DNA from: Litorivicinus sp.
Lineage (GTDB): Bacteria > Pseudomonadota > Gammaproteobacteria > Pseudomonadales > Litorivicinaceae
DNA length: 64,000 nt
Assembly: GCA_049609265.1 (NCBI GenBank)
Contig: JBMYYI010000005.1
Location: 1,446-65,445 of the forward strand
Direction of reading: 5' to 3'
A model generated the notes under the pieces. The model searched no databases. It saw only the letters and a program-made list of their open reading frames with translations, and was not told where the DNA came from. Position 1 is the stretch's first letter. Each line of letters opens with the position of its first letter. Of the stretch, positions 47,386 to 57,260 are shown in pieces. The translations under genes and the position numbers were made by a program.

Positions 47386-48771
47386 CTACTCGTCCGAGTC
47401 GGGGGCAGTCTCATCGACACCTAATTCAGGAAGTGACTGTTTGAAGCGCACCCCTTTTTTCTCAAAGGTGCCGACCACACTGCTCAAGCCTCCGCGCCCA
47501 CCGAGCGTTCGGGTGGCATCGTCATAGCTTTTGCGCAGCGTATCCATTTGCGCGCCGATCTTGTCAAACTTCTCCATGAAAATACGCAGCTTGTCCTGCA
47601 GCTTACTGGCCTGCTCGGCAATATCCGCCGCGCTCTCGCCCTGCTTTTGCAGCGACCAGAGGTTGGCCACCGTGCGTAGGGTTCCCAACAGAGTAGAGGG
47701 CACAACCACGATGACCCCCTTCTCAAAGGCCGTGGCATAGAGTTCAGGGTTGGCCTGAAAAGCCGCCAGGAAAGCCGGCTCAATAGGCATAAACATCAAC
47801 ACGAAATCCGGCGCGTTTAACCCTTTGAGCTTGGGGTAATTCTTGGCCGACAACTGGTCTATGTGCTTGGAGATACTGGCCACGTGACGCTTCATCGCGG
47901 CCTCGCGCTGCTCATCGCTTTGCGCTTCAACAAATTCGGTCCAGGCCAGTAGGCTGACCTTGGAGTCGATAATCAGGTGGCGCCCCTCAGGCAGATTGAC
48001 CACAAAATCGGGACGATAGCTGACGCCCTCCTCATCGGTCAGGTGCTGCTCACGATGATACTCCTGACCTTTGATCAGGCCCGAGCGGTCCAAAATCATT
48101 TCGACCTGCATTTCACCCCAGTTGCCCTGGGTTTTGCTGTCGCCTTTCAACGCCAGCGTCAGGTTGGTGGCCTCGTCAGTGATACGCTGGTTCAAATTCT
48201 TTAGGTTTTCGAGCTCATTTTTTAGGGCTGAGTTAGCGTTCGACGAGTCCTGATGAACTTCATTCACCCGCTTTTGAAAGGCGCTGATTTGCTCTCGCAG
48301 AGGACTGAGCAAATGCCCCAAGGATTCCTGGGAGTCTTTTTTAAATTCGTCCGTGCGCGTTTTTAAAATACTTTGCGAGAGGTTCTGAAATTCATCTTTC
48401 AAGGCGGATTTCTGCGCATCGAAACTGCGCTCAAGCTCTTCACGGCGCGCCTGTAATTCGGCCTGACGCTGCTCGAGACTCGATATCTGCTGACGGGCGC
48501 GGTCCAGCTGAGTTTCCCGCTCTGCCAGGTCCTGCTCCAGCTTTTGCATCAGCCCTTCACGGCCTCGTTGCTCTGCGATCTGTTCGGCCTGCACCGCCAG
48601 CTGCTCACGCTGTTGCGCCAGATCCTGTTGCCACTGCTGCGCCTGGGACTCCAGCTCAGCCAGCCGCTGGGATTGATAGGCCGCTTGATCGCGCTGACGC
48701 ATCCACAGCCAACCCGCCACGATCGCCAGGGCGGTTGGGATCAGGAATAACAAATCAAATAATGGGAACAA
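47386..48771 (-). CDS. rmuC: DNA recombination protein RmuC
   Basis: 461 aa. An N-terminal transmembrane helix is followed by a long Q/E/L-rich coiled coil and a C-terminal RmuC nuclease-like domain (PDFVVNLPEGRHLIIDSK). TTG start. Confidence 0.9.
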   Translation of the reverse strand: MFPLFDLLFLIPTALAIVAGWLWMRQRDQAAYQSQRLAELESQAQQWQQDLAQQREQLAVQAEQIAEQRGREGLMQKLEQDLAERETQLDRARQQISSLEQRQAELQARREELERSFDAQKSALKDEFQNLSQSILKTRTDEFKKDSQESLGHLLSPLREQISAFQKRVNEVHQDSSNANSALKNELENLKNLNQRITDEATNLTLALKGDSKTQGNWGEMQVEMILDRSGLIKGQEYHREQHLTDEEGVSYRPDFVVNLPEGRHLIIDSKVSLLAWTEFVEAQSDEQREAAMKRHVASISKHIDQLSAKNYPKLKGLNAPDFVLMFMPIEPAFLAAFQANPELYATAFEKGVIVVVPSTLLGTLRTVANLWSLQKQGESAADIAEQASKLQDKLRIFMEKFDKIGAQMDTLRKSYDDATRTLGGRGGLSSVVGTFEKKGVRFKQSLPELGVDETAPDSDE

Positions 48772-48807
48772 AAGGGACGCATCCGGTTAACAACAGAGAT
48801 AGCACGA

Positions 48808-49110
48808 TTAGTCGCATGAGGTTTCCTCGATGAAAAAGTCCGCCACCGCACGGGTGTCTCGCAACGGCCGGACGCGATTAATGGATTCTTGGTACAGCGG
48901 ATGCGCTTTGTAAGCCGCCAACTGCGCTTCGTCCTTAAATAGGCCAAATACGACGACGTCAATCTCACCACTAATTTGATCTTTTTTGATGTTGCGTGAA
49001 ATGCTCAGATGCTCGGCATCTGGAATTTGTTCAAGCAGCTTCAGGCCCTGATAGATGGGCTCAACCAGCTCGGGCGACTTGGCGGAAAATAGGACGACGT
49101 GATGCAGCAT
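48808..49110 (-). CDS. Dabb (stress-responsive alpha/beta-barrel) family protein
   Basis: I chose the start at MLHHVVLFSAKSPE... (GAGG upstream). The 21-codon extension in the ORF track was rejected. The ~100-aa size and the HxVLF start fit the Dabb family. Confidence 0.7.
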   Translation of the reverse strand: MLHHVVLFSAKSPELVEPIYQGLKLLEQIPDAEHLSISRNIKKDQISGEIDVVVFGLFKDEAQLAAYKAHPLYQESINRVRPLRDTRAVADFFIEETSCD

Positions 49111-49166
49111 GGGTACCTCGTATTGGGGCGGTAAATATGCGCGAAGCGGCGCGAATTGTCGACTGC

Positions 49167-49210
49167 GACGCACCTCTCACTGTTGGGTGACGCACCTCTC
49201 ACTGTTGGGT
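49167..49210. repeat. perfect 22-bp tandem direct duplication (GACGCACCTCTCACTGTTGGGT x2)
   Basis: Read directly: copy 1 is 49167-49188 and copy 2 is 49189-49210. It lies in the divergent intergenic region between the Dabb gene and the small secreted-protein gene. Confidence 0.95.
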
Positions 49211-49262
49211 AATGGAACGTTGACGAGTCGCTCAATAGGTATGGCTGTGCTACCTTTGATGA

Positions 49263-49655
49263 ATGCGTGTTGTTAATGCCCTGCTCGTCTCGTTGGCCGT
49301 TATCGGCCTGCCTGCCCTTGCTCAATCCAGCGAGGACATCAACACGTTCACCAAAAATGCCAGCACTCAAGGCGAGGCCGTTATCGCAGACAGCCCAACC
49401 GGCCCCTTGGGCCTGCGCTTCTCGGGTGGATTAATTATCGACAGCGAAATTGTTGACGGCCAATTTGATCAAAGCGATCTGGATCGCGCCTCACCCTATT
49501 TGGGGATCGGTGTCGTACAAAGCCTGGGTAATATCGATTTGTCCGCTGATTTGGGCTGGATCGAGCGGGAGCCCTCAATTGACTCCTTAGACGGACCGAC
49601 GATCAGGAGCGAGGCTGAACCCGTCCTGAACGTCCAATTCCGGCTTCGCTTCTAG
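49263..49655 (+). CDS. hypothetical small secreted / outer-membrane-like protein
   Basis: 130 aa with signal peptide [22 protein letters not shown]. It has alternating beta-like segments and a C-terminal ...FRLRF, which is an OMP-type terminal Phe. No family was recognised. Confidence 0.5.
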   Translation: MRVVNALLVSLAVIGLPALAQSSEDINTFTKNASTQGEAVIADSPTGPLGLRFSGGLIIDSEIVDGQFDQSDLDRASPYLGIGVVQSLGNIDLSADLGWIEREPSIDSLDGPTIRSEAEPVLNVQFRLRF

Positions 49656-51301
49656 CCCTTCTTTTGAACCTTGGCCCAGCCATCTTTCAGCGTGACGGCT
49701 CGGTTGAAAACCGGCGTCTGGGTTGAGTCTTCGTCTTTTCTAAAGAAACCGACCCGCTCAAACTGAACGATTTCACCTATTTCGACATCCGCCAGTGCTG
49801 GCTCAACCAACCCTTGCTTAACCACCAAGGATTCTGGATTGACCTCACGCGCCAAGTCATCGCCGGTGGGTTTGGGATCCGTAAACAACCGGTCGTACAG
49901 ACGCAATTCGCTAGGGACGGCGTCGCTGGGCACCCACTGAATGGTGCCCTTAACCTTGCGGCCTGACTCGTCTTGGCCGCTGCGAGTCGCCGGATCGTAG
50001 GTACATAGGATCTCGACGATACGACCCTCGGCGTCCTTGATCATGTCCTGGAAATCAATGATGAACGCGTACTTTAGACGAACGCTGCCACCGGGCTTTA
50101 GACGGAAATACTTAGGAGGCGGGACCTCTTCGAAATCCGCGCGATCGATATAGAGCGAGCCATCAAATTTCAGGGTACGCGAGCCCAGCTCAGGCACCCG
50201 CTGGTGCCAGGCGCCGTTCAACTCCAGCACCTCGCCTTGCGGCCAGTTAGTGATGGTCAGTTTGATCGGATCCTGCACTGCGAAGCCACGGCGCGCCGTG
50301 TTTTCAAGATCATTACGCAAACAGGTTTCGAGCAACGACATTTCGATCGTGTTGGCTTTTTTAGTCACCCCAATTAGCGAGCAAAATGTCCGAATGGACG
50401 CGGGCGTAAAGCCACGGCGGCGCATTCCACTGATGGTTGGCATGCGCGGGTCATCCCAACCCTTAACGTGCCCCTCGGTGACCAGCGCCAGCAACTTGCG
50501 CTTGCTGGTTAGGCAGTGCTCTAACTGCAGACGGCTGAATTCGATCTGCTGAGGCGCCGCAGGCACGGGCAAATTTTCAATAAACCACTCGTACAAAGGA
50601 CGGTGATCTTCGAACTCCAGCGTGCACAGGCTATGGGTAATGTGTTCGATCGCATCGGACTGACCATGGGCAAAATCATAGGTCGGATAGATGTTCCAGG
50701 CATCCCCGGTACGTGGGTGGTGGGCCTTGCGAATGCGGTACAACGCTGGGTCCCGCATATTGATATTGGGATGGGCCATGTCGATTTTAGCGCGCAAGAT
50801 ATAGCGCCCTTCCTCGAACTCACCGGCCCGCATGCCAGCAAACAAAGCCAGCGATTCCTCGGTTGGGCGATCACGATAAGGCGAGTTTTTGCCTGGCTGT
50901 TTCAGCGTACCGCGGTACTCGCGCATTTGCTCTGCGTTGAGCTCGTCCACATAAGCCAGGTCTCGGGCAATCAGATCCTGCGCCCAGGCATACAGCTGTT
51001 CGAAATAATCACTGGCGTAGCACTCCCGCGCCCATTCGAATCCCAGCCAGGCGACGTCCTTACGAATCGCGTCGATATATTCCTGATCTTCTTTTTCAGG
51101 ATTCGTATCGTCAAAGCGCAGATTGGTTTCCCCGCCAAACTCGGCCGCGATTCCAAAGTTCAGGCAGATCGACTTGGCATGACCCACATGCAGATAACCA
51201 TTGGGCTCAGGCGGGAAGCGAGTCACGATGCTAGAGTGTTTATTGTTTGCCAAATCGGCCTGAATGGCCTCGGCAATAAAGTGCTGTGGAGTTTCGTTCA
51301 T
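49652..51301 (-). CDS. glnS: glutamine--tRNA ligase
   Basis: I chose the start at [17 protein letters not shown], with the HIGH motif as LHVGHAKS and the KMSKS-like motif as LTSKRKL. The 29-codon extension in the ORF track was rejected. Confidence 0.95.
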   Translation of the reverse strand: MNETPQHFIAEAIQADLANNKHSSIVTRFPPEPNGYLHVGHAKSICLNFGIAAEFGGETNLRFDDTNPEKEDQEYIDAIRKDVAWLGFEWARECYASDYFEQLYAWAQDLIARDLAYVDELNAEQMREYRGTLKQPGKNSPYRDRPTEESLALFAGMRAGEFEEGRYILRAKIDMAHPNINMRDPALYRIRKAHHPRTGDAWNIYPTYDFAHGQSDAIEHITHSLCTLEFEDHRPLYEWFIENLPVPAAPQQIEFSRLQLEHCLTSKRKLLALVTEGHVKGWDDPRMPTISGMRRRGFTPASIRTFCSLIGVTKKANTIEMSLLETCLRNDLENTARRGFAVQDPIKLTITNWPQGEVLELNGAWHQRVPELGSRTLKFDGSLYIDRADFEEVPPPKYFRLKPGGSVRLKYAFIIDFQDMIKDAEGRIVEILCTYDPATRSGQDESGRKVKGTIQWVPSDAVPSELRLYDRLFTDPKPTGDDLAREVNPESLVVKQGLVEPALADVEIGEIVQFERVGFFRKDEDSTQTPVFNRAVTLKDGWAKVQKKG

Positions 51302-51341
51302 GGTCACTGAATCAGACGTAAAGCGAGAGTGTAACGGAAGT

Positions 51342-52013
51342 ATGAAGCCGGTGGGACTGTTGGGTGGCACCTCTTGGGTGAGCACCACGCATTATTACGA
51401 AAAACTCAATCGGGCGTATCAAGCCAAGATGGGCGGACTGTCCAGTGCACCCATGCTGATCTATTCGGTTGATTTTGCCGCCATTGCCCAGGCCCAAACT
51501 CGTGGCGATTGGGACCACCTAGGGCAGGTGTTAGGACAAAATGCCCAAGCACTGGAGCGAGCCGGAGCCGGCAGCCTTGCGATCGGCGCCAACACCATGC
51601 ACCGATGCTTTGACGCGATTCAGAGCGCGGTCGACATCGAAGTGCTGCACATCGCCGATGGCATTGCCCAAAACATTGGTGACACACCCACGCTGCTGCT
51701 GGGCACGGCCTACACCATGGAGTCCGATTTTTTGATTAGCCGACTGCGGGCTCAGGGCTGCCAAATTGAAATACCCACCCCCCAACAGCGCGCTGAGGTT
51801 CATCGGATTATTTTTGAAGAGTTGTGTCAGGATCTGGTCATACAGGCCAGTTGTGATTACTTTAAGCACTTGGCCGAGTCCTTTGACGGCAAGGTGCTCT
51901 TGGCGTGTACTGAGCTTGGCCTAGTATTAGACAGCGAATCACAACCACAGGTGGTTGATTCACTCGACTGTCACGTCGCAATGATGCTGGATGCGTTAGC
52001 GACCCATAATTAA
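51342..52013 (+). CDS. aspartate/glutamate racemase superfamily protein
   Basis: I chose the start at [19 protein letters not shown]. The LLACTELG second catalytic motif is present, but the first motif reads AIGANTMH. Confidence 0.75.
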   Translation: MKPVGLLGGTSWVSTTHYYEKLNRAYQAKMGGLSSAPMLIYSVDFAAIAQAQTRGDWDHLGQVLGQNAQALERAGAGSLAIGANTMHRCFDAIQSAVDIEVLHIADGIAQNIGDTPTLLLGTAYTMESDFLISRLRAQGCQIEIPTPQQRAEVHRIIFEELCQDLVIQASCDYFKHLAESFDGKVLLACTELGLVLDSESQPQVVDSLDCHVAMMLDALATHN

Positions 52014-52032
52014 TAACCATGAGGCGAAAATA

Positions 52033-52338
52033 ATGAAGACCCTACTGATTACAGCAGCGCTAGCCATCGCTCCCATGAGTGCACTGGCTGCCGGCGACGC
52101 CGCCGCAGGCCAAGGCAAATCATTGGTATGCGCGAGCTGCCACGGCCAAGACGGCAAGTCGATGATCCCCACCTACCCTAATCTGGCGGGCCAAAACGCG
52201 GCCTACCTGGAAATGGCGCTAAAAGGCTATCGCTCGCAAGAACGTACCGGCCTACAAGCCGCGTTGATGTATGGCATGGCAGCTAACCTGTCGGACCAGG
52301 ACATCGCGGACCTGGCCGCCTACTACAGCAGCAAGTAG
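52033..52338 (+). CDS. class I c-type cytochrome (c4/c5/c-551-like monohaem)
   Basis: 101 aa with a signal peptide, the CASCHG haem-binding motif and a downstream Met-rich segment (ALMYGMA). Confidence 0.85.
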   Translation: MKTLLITAALAIAPMSALAAGDAAAGQGKSLVCASCHGQDGKSMIPTYPNLAGQNAAYLEMALKGYRSQERTGLQAALMYGMAANLSDQDIADLAAYYSSK

Positions 52339-52638
52339 TCAATCTCGGCTGAACTGCCTGACCGCTTGGATTTCAGCGATTTCCAAGCGGTATTCCTGAT
52401 AAGCGTGATCGCGCCCATATTGCTGGGCATCACGATGATCCGCCTGCTGTCCCCAGGCCTGCAGGGCCTCTTTTGAGGACCAATAGCTTAAGGTCACACC
52501 AAACCCCGACTCATCGCGAAAACTATGGCTGTGGGAAAACCCGGGCTGACGCTGCACCTGGCTCTGCATCCGCTGGGCCCAACCCTCGTAGTCTGGCGTA
52601 TTAAGTTGCCGGCGCGAATAGAAGATAGCGACCCACAT
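52339..52638 (-). CDS. ABM (antibiotic biosynthesis monooxygenase-like) domain protein
   Basis: 99 aa in a ferredoxin-like ABM pattern (GF...SYW.S.EA...W). Its stop abuts the cytochrome c stop. Confidence 0.65.
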   Translation of the reverse strand: MWVAIFYSRRQLNTPDYEGWAQRMQSQVQRQPGFSHSHSFRDESGFGVTLSYWSSKEALQAWGQQADHRDAQQYGRDHAYQEYRLEIAEIQAVRQFSRD

Positions 52639-52664
52639 CCCTTGAAACCCTCCGCTCCATCACG

Positions 52665-52898
52665 ATGTATTACGACATGGAAGATAAGCGACGTTTGGGT
52701 TCAATCAAAGGGCTGATGCGACGGCTATTAAAACGCAACCAGCACACAACACTGCGCGGTCAAGCCAGCGAGCGGGCGGCGCACGCCCAACATCAACGCC
52801 CCAAATCGATGACCCCATTTGACCATCAAGAATACGAGGCCTGGCAAAAAGAGCTGGACCGAATGGATCGTGAGGGTCCAGGGCGATCCGACGATTGA
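52665..52898 (+). CDS. hypothetical small basic protein (weak call)
   Basis: 77-aa ATG ORF upstream of sufE. I recognised no motif, codon usage is mixed, and it may be non-coding. Confidence 0.25.
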   Translation: MYYDMEDKRRLGSIKGLMRRLLKRNQHTTLRGQASERAAHAQHQRPKSMTPFDHQEYEAWQKELDRMDREGPGRSDD

Positions 52899-52930
52899 AT
52901 TGTCAGGCTCCATCCACGACACTGGCGCGC

Positions 52931-53341
52931 ATGAATTTAGACGAACGACAGCAAGAAATTATCGATGAATTCTCCATGGTCGGCGACTGGATGGAACGGT
53001 ATCAATACCTGGTCCAACTGGGTCGCATGATGGACCCGCTGGATGACGCCGACAAAACCGATGCCAACCTGATCCGTGGTTGCCAATCCCAGGTGTGGGT
53101 CGCCGTTGAGCAGGATGGCGATCATCTCAAATTCCGCGGTGGCTCGGATGCCGCTATCGTCAATGGCCTGGTGGCGCTAACGCTGCGGGTGTATTCCGAC
53201 GCACCGGCAGCCGAGATTGCCGCGACTGAACCACGCTTTGTTGAAGGCATTGGCCTGGCGGAGCATTTGAGCCCCACCCGCTCGAATGGGCTGCATTCAA
53301 TGCTAAAACGCATCCGCGAAGAAGCCGCCCAGCGGATCTGA
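52931..53341 (+). CDS. sufE: cysteine desulfuration protein SufE
   Basis: I chose the start at MNLDERQQEIIDEF. The conserved sulfur-acceptor loop LIRGCQSQVWV is present. Confidence 0.85.
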   Translation: MNLDERQQEIIDEFSMVGDWMERYQYLVQLGRMMDPLDDADKTDANLIRGCQSQVWVAVEQDGDHLKFRGGSDAAIVNGLVALTLRVYSDAPAAEIAATEPRFVEGIGLAEHLSPTRSNGLHSMLKRIREEAAQRI

Positions 53342-53394
53342 GAACCATTCTCAAACGCAGATGCCGCAAGCCTTTGCGGGGTTAGGGGATTGAA

Positions 53395-53417
53395 ATAGGA
53401 CCCCTGCGGTCCTATTA
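53395..53417. promoter_or_regulatory. 9-5-9 perfect inverted repeat AATAGGACC-N5-GGTCCTATT (candidate Rrf2 operator or 5'-UTR hairpin)
   Basis: Read directly. It ends 7 nt before the ATG of the Rrf2 regulator gene. Confidence 0.4.
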
Positions 53418-53424
53418 TTGACCC

Positions 53425-53862
53425 ATGATTCGTTTGAGCAAGCTAACTGACTATGCTTCGGTGGTATTAACCGAGCTTGCTCGCTATCCATCCGAATTAC
53501 AGAGCACGCAGCATTTGGCCGAATCGACCCGCATCCCGCGACCGACCGTGACCAAGGTGCTTAAAACCCTTACCCGGGCGGGTTTAACCCGATCGATTCA
53601 GGGCCCCAGAGGCGGCTACACGCTGGCCCGGGATGCTCGACAAATTGATTTGGCAGACATTATTGCTGCCATCGAAGGACCCAGTGGCGTGACCGAATGC
53701 GCGACTGACCATGATGAGTGCGATCTAACCGCGCACTGTCATGTCATGGATCATTGGCGCACCGTGAGTGTGCAGATTAACCAATTGCTACGCAGCGTAA
53801 CCCTGGCTGAATTAGCCACGCCCAAGCTGCAACGCATACCAACACTGCAGGTACAGGACTGA
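53425..53862 (+). CDS. Rrf2-family transcriptional regulator (SUF-system regulator type)
   Basis: 145 aa with the [20 protein letters not shown] Rrf2 helix-turn-helix start and a three-Cys cluster ([15 protein letters not shown]). It sits directly upstream of sufB with a TGATG junction. Confidence 0.85.
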   Translation: MIRLSKLTDYASVVLTELARYPSELQSTQHLAESTRIPRPTVTKVLKTLTRAGLTRSIQGPRGGYTLARDARQIDLADIIAAIEGPSGVTECATDHDECDLTAHCHVMDHWRTVSVQINQLLRSVTLAELATPKLQRIPTLQVQD

Positions 53863-55310
53863 TGAGTTCAACTGAAACCAAAGTGGATGACCTAGTCGAC
53901 CGCGAATATGCGGCCGGTTTTGTTACTGACATTGAATCCGACACCTTCCCGCCCGGACTGGACGAGACGGTCGTGCGCGCCATCAGCGCGAAAAAAGGCG
54001 AGCCCCAGTGGATGACTCAATGGCGTCTAGAAGCCTTTGAGAAGTGGAAAGCGATGAGCAGTCCTGACTGGGCTCATCTGAACATTCCCCCCATCGACTA
54101 CCAGAGCATCAGCTATTACAGCGCGCCTAAGAACCCTGACGATGCTCCCAAGTCGCTCGACGAAGTCGATCCTAAGCTTTTGGAAACCTACGACAAGCTG
54201 GGCATTCCGCTGCTGGAGCAGCAAATGCTGGCGGGCGTTGCCGTGGACGCGGTGTTTGACAGTGTGTCGGTCGTCACCACCTTCAAGGAACAGCTTGCCG
54301 AGGCGGGCGTGGTGTTTTGCCCACTTTCTGAAGCCGTTCACAGCCACCCAGAGCTAGTGAAAAAATACCTAGGCAGCGTCGTGCCCGTCGAAGACAACTA
54401 CTTTGCCTGCCTTAACAGCGCGGTCTTCAGCGATGGCTCCTTTGTTTATGTCCCCAAGGGCGTACGCTGCCCCATGGAGCTCTCAACCTATTTCCGTATC
54501 AACGAGCAAAATACCGGACAGTTCGAACGCACCTTGATCATCTGTGAAGATCAAGCTCACGTCAGCTATCTAGAAGGCTGCACGGCCCCGATGCGTGACG
54601 AGAACCAACTGCACGCCGCGGTTGTTGAGCTGGTCGCCTTGGAAGATGCTGAGATCAAGTACTCCACCGTGCAAAACTGGTATCCGGGTGATGATGAAGG
54701 CCGCGGTGGCATTTATAACTTTGTGACCAAGCGCGCCGAGTGCCGTGGGGCGCGCTCAAAAGTCAGCTGGACACAGCTGGAGACCGGCTCTGCGGTGACC
54801 TGGAAATATCCCAGCTGCGTGCTGTTGGGCGACGACAGCGTTGGCGAGTTCTATTCCGTAGCGGTTAGCAGCAAGCAACAGCAAGCCGACACCGGCACCA
54901 AGATGATCCACGTGGGCAAAAACACTCGCTCGACGATCATCTCCAAAGGCATCAGCGCACAAAAAGGCCAAAACGCCTATCGCGGCCTTGTGCGTATGGG
55001 CGCTGGGGCTGAAAACGCACGCAACTTTACGCAGTGCGACAGCTTGCTGATCGGCGATCAGTGCGGCGCCCACACCTTCCCCTATATCGAGGCGAAGAAC
55101 CCCAGCGCGCGCGTTGAGCACGAGGCGACCACCTCAAAGGTCAGCGATGACCAGCTGTTTTATTTACGCCAACGGGGCATCAGCGAAGAAGACGCCCTGA
55201 ATATGATTGTTAACGGCTTTTGCAAAGACGTCTTTCAAAAGCTCCCCATGGAATTTGCCGTCGAGGCCGAGGCCCTATTGGGTATCACGCTAGAAGGCGC
55301 CGTAGGCTAA
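53862..55310 (+). CDS. sufB: Fe-S cluster assembly scaffold protein SufB
   Basis: 482 aa with typical SufB sequence, including [23 protein letters not shown]. Confidence 0.97.
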   Translation: MSSTETKVDDLVDREYAAGFVTDIESDTFPPGLDETVVRAISAKKGEPQWMTQWRLEAFEKWKAMSSPDWAHLNIPPIDYQSISYYSAPKNPDDAPKSLDEVDPKLLETYDKLGIPLLEQQMLAGVAVDAVFDSVSVVTTFKEQLAEAGVVFCPLSEAVHSHPELVKKYLGSVVPVEDNYFACLNSAVFSDGSFVYVPKGVRCPMELSTYFRINEQNTGQFERTLIICEDQAHVSYLEGCTAPMRDENQLHAAVVELVALEDAEIKYSTVQNWYPGDDEGRGGIYNFVTKRAECRGARSKVSWTQLETGSAVTWKYPSCVLLGDDSVGEFYSVAVSSKQQQADTGTKMIHVGKNTRSTIISKGISAQKGQNAYRGLVRMGAGAENARNFTQCDSLLIGDQCGAHTFPYIEAKNPSARVEHEATTSKVSDDQLFYLRQRGISEEDALNMIVNGFCKDVFQKLPMEFAVEAEALLGITLEGAVG

Positions 55311-55320
55311 GGAACCCCAC

Positions 55321-56067
55321 ATGCTAGAAATTAAAAACCTGCACGCACGCGTTGGCGACAAACCCATTTTAAAAGGTATTAACCTGTCCATCGGCACCGG
55401 CGAGATTCACGCCATCATGGGGCCCAACGGCTCTGGCAAGTCGACGCTATCCAGCGTTTTGGCCGGCCACGATGACTACGAAGTAACCGACGGTGAAGTC
55501 ATCTATCAGGGCGAAAACCTGCTGGAGATGGAACCGGAAGAACGCGCCCGAGCCGGTGTCTTCTTGTCGTTCCAGTACCCAGTTGAAGTGCCTGGGGTCA
55601 AGAATATTTACCTGCTCAAGAGCGCACTCAACGCCAAACGCGCGCACCAAGGCCAGGAAGAAATTAACCCGGTTGAGTTTCTGAAACTGGTTCGTGAAAA
55701 GCTGAAACTGATGAAGATGGACGAAGCGTTCCTGCACCGTAACATCAACGAAGGCTTCTCTGGCGGCGAGAAAAAACGCAACGAAATCCTGCAAATGCAA
55801 TTGCTCGAGCCTAGCCTGTGTTTGCTGGACGAAACGGACTCAGGTCTGGACGTAGATGCCCTGCGCATCGTAGGTGAGGGCATCAACTACTTGCGTGCCG
55901 AGCAGCGTAGCTTTGTCATGGTGACTCACTACCAGCGCCTGCTGGATCACGTCCGCCCGGACTTCGTACACGTGCTGGCGGACGGCCAGATCAAAGCCAG
56001 CGGTGATTTCAGCTTGGCACAACGCTTGGAAAAGGAAGGCTACGAAGGCCTACTGGCCGAAGCATGA
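55321..56067 (+). CDS. sufC: Fe-S cluster assembly ATPase SufC
   Basis: 248 aa with [23 protein letters not shown] and [10 protein letters not shown] motifs. Confidence 0.97.
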   Translation: MLEIKNLHARVGDKPILKGINLSIGTGEIHAIMGPNGSGKSTLSSVLAGHDDYEVTDGEVIYQGENLLEMEPEERARAGVFLSFQYPVEVPGVKNIYLLKSALNAKRAHQGQEEINPVEFLKLVREKLKLMKMDEAFLHRNINEGFSGGEKKRNEILQMQLLEPSLCLLDETDSGLDVDALRIVGEGINYLRAEQRSFVMVTHYQRLLDHVRPDFVHVLADGQIKASGDFSLAQRLEKEGYEGLLAEA

Positions 56068-57260
56068 GCGCGCTGGAGAGTCTAAAAGCCCTGGCGGGAG
56101 CCTCACCCCGTCAGGTCCAGGCCCGTGATGTACTGACCCACCTAGGCTTACCCGGTCGACAGCTGGAGGGATGGAAGTACCTGTCGCTGCGCCACTTAGA
56201 AAAGCTTGAACTCAGCGCACCTAGCGGCGACTTCGACGGTGATCTAAGCGTCTACGACATCCCTGGGTTGAGTGCTGCTCGCCTGGTTTGGGTCAACGGG
56301 CTGTTTAACGAGACGCTGTCTGATTCAGTGCAGGGATTGACCCGCACACCAAACCCCGTCGATTTAGACTGGGTCAGCCCTGAATTAGACGGCATGGCTG
56401 CGGCTAATTTAGCCGGCGGTCAGCTCATTGAATTTGCGGTAACCGATCAGCTGGTGATGCCGGTGCATTGCCTATTTTTGGTCACCGGCGAGCAGCAAGC
56501 TGCCCAGCCCAGGGTCCAGTGGCGGATCGCGGCTAATGCCCATCTGGATTTACTGGAGCAACACGCAGGCGAGGGTGCGAACCTCGTCAACATGGTCTCG
56601 CAATTCGAGCTGGATCGTGATGCTCGGGTCACCCGTTACAAGCTGTTCAATACCCAAGCGGCCACTCACACCGCCCATACCTGGGCACGCGTGGCGGGCA
56701 ATGCGGATTTCCAGAACCACATGATTGATATGGGCGGCAAATTTCACCGCGACCAGATTCGGGTAGAACTGTGCGAGGCACACGCCAACACGCGTCTAAA
56801 CGGGCTGTACTTGGTTGACGGCCGGGACGTGTCGGATAGCCACACTCAAATCGATCATTGTGTCCCGCAATGCACCAGCGCCCAGCACTATCGGGGTATT
56901 GCCGACGGACGCGGCAAAGCGGTGTTTAACGGGATTGTCTATATCGGCAAGAACGCCAGCCAAAGCGCGACCGAGCAGAAAAACGCGAATCTGCTGCTGT
57001 CAGACAAGGCTGAAATTAACCCCAAACCTGAGCTGCAGATCCACAACGACGATGTGGTCGCCAGCCACGGTTCTACGGTAGGCAACCTCGACGAGGAGCA
57101 GCTGTTCTACCTGCGCCAACGGGGCATTGGTGAGACTCAGGCGCGGGCGCTTTTGACCTTTGCCTTTGCTGAGCAAATCGCCCAGGCGCTACCCAGCCAG
57201 GCTCTGGCTGAGTATTTAGAGGCACGCTTTGCCACACGCCTACCCATGGATGTGCTATGA
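56064..57260 (+). CDS. sufD: Fe-S cluster assembly protein SufD
   Basis: 398 aa, paralogous to the SufB C-terminus ([21 protein letters not shown]). ATGA overlaps on both sides. Confidence 0.9.
   Translation: MSALESLKALAGASPRQVQARDVLTHLGLPGRQLEGWKYLSLRHLEKLELSAPSGDFDGDLSVYDIPGLSAARLVWVNGLFNETLSDSVQGLTRTPNPVDLDWVSPELDGMAAANLAGGQLIEFAVTDQLVMPVHCLFLVTGEQQAAQPRVQWRIAANAHLDLLEQHAGEGANLVNMVSQFELDRDARVTRYKLFNTQAATHTAHTWARVAGNADFQNHMIDMGGKFHRDQIRVELCEAHANTRLNGLYLVDGRDVSDSHTQIDHCVPQCTSAQHYRGIADGRGKAVFNGIVYIGKNASQSATEQKNANLLLSDKAEINPKPELQIHNDDVVASHGSTVGNLDEEQLFYLRQRGIGETQARALLTFAFAEQIAQALPSQALAEYLEARFATRLPMDVL

Noticed and set aside
50603-51310. Long ORFs antisense to confident genes: 235 aa opposite glnS, 34074-34655 opposite hflC, 13763-14317 opposite the MBL gene, 42394-42849 opposite the BMP binding protein, and 10611-11039 opposite the amidohydrolase.
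   Set aside because: They lie entirely inside strongly supported genes with recognisable motifs. Their translations are low-complexity and Arg/Gly/Pro-rich, as expected for shadow frames in GC-rich DNA. None has a ribosome-binding site or a recognisable domain.
51302-51388. N-terminal extensions offered by the ORF track for several genes: glnS to 51388, the racemase from 51264, fbpA to 33776, YeeE to 12937, Dabb to 49173, sufE from 52895 and HD from 28001.
   Set aside because: Internal ATG starts give canonical N-termini (a signal peptide, or a match to the family start) plus a Shine-Dalgarno or an ATGA/TAATG coupling. The extensions would overlap divergent neighbours or add unstructured leaders.
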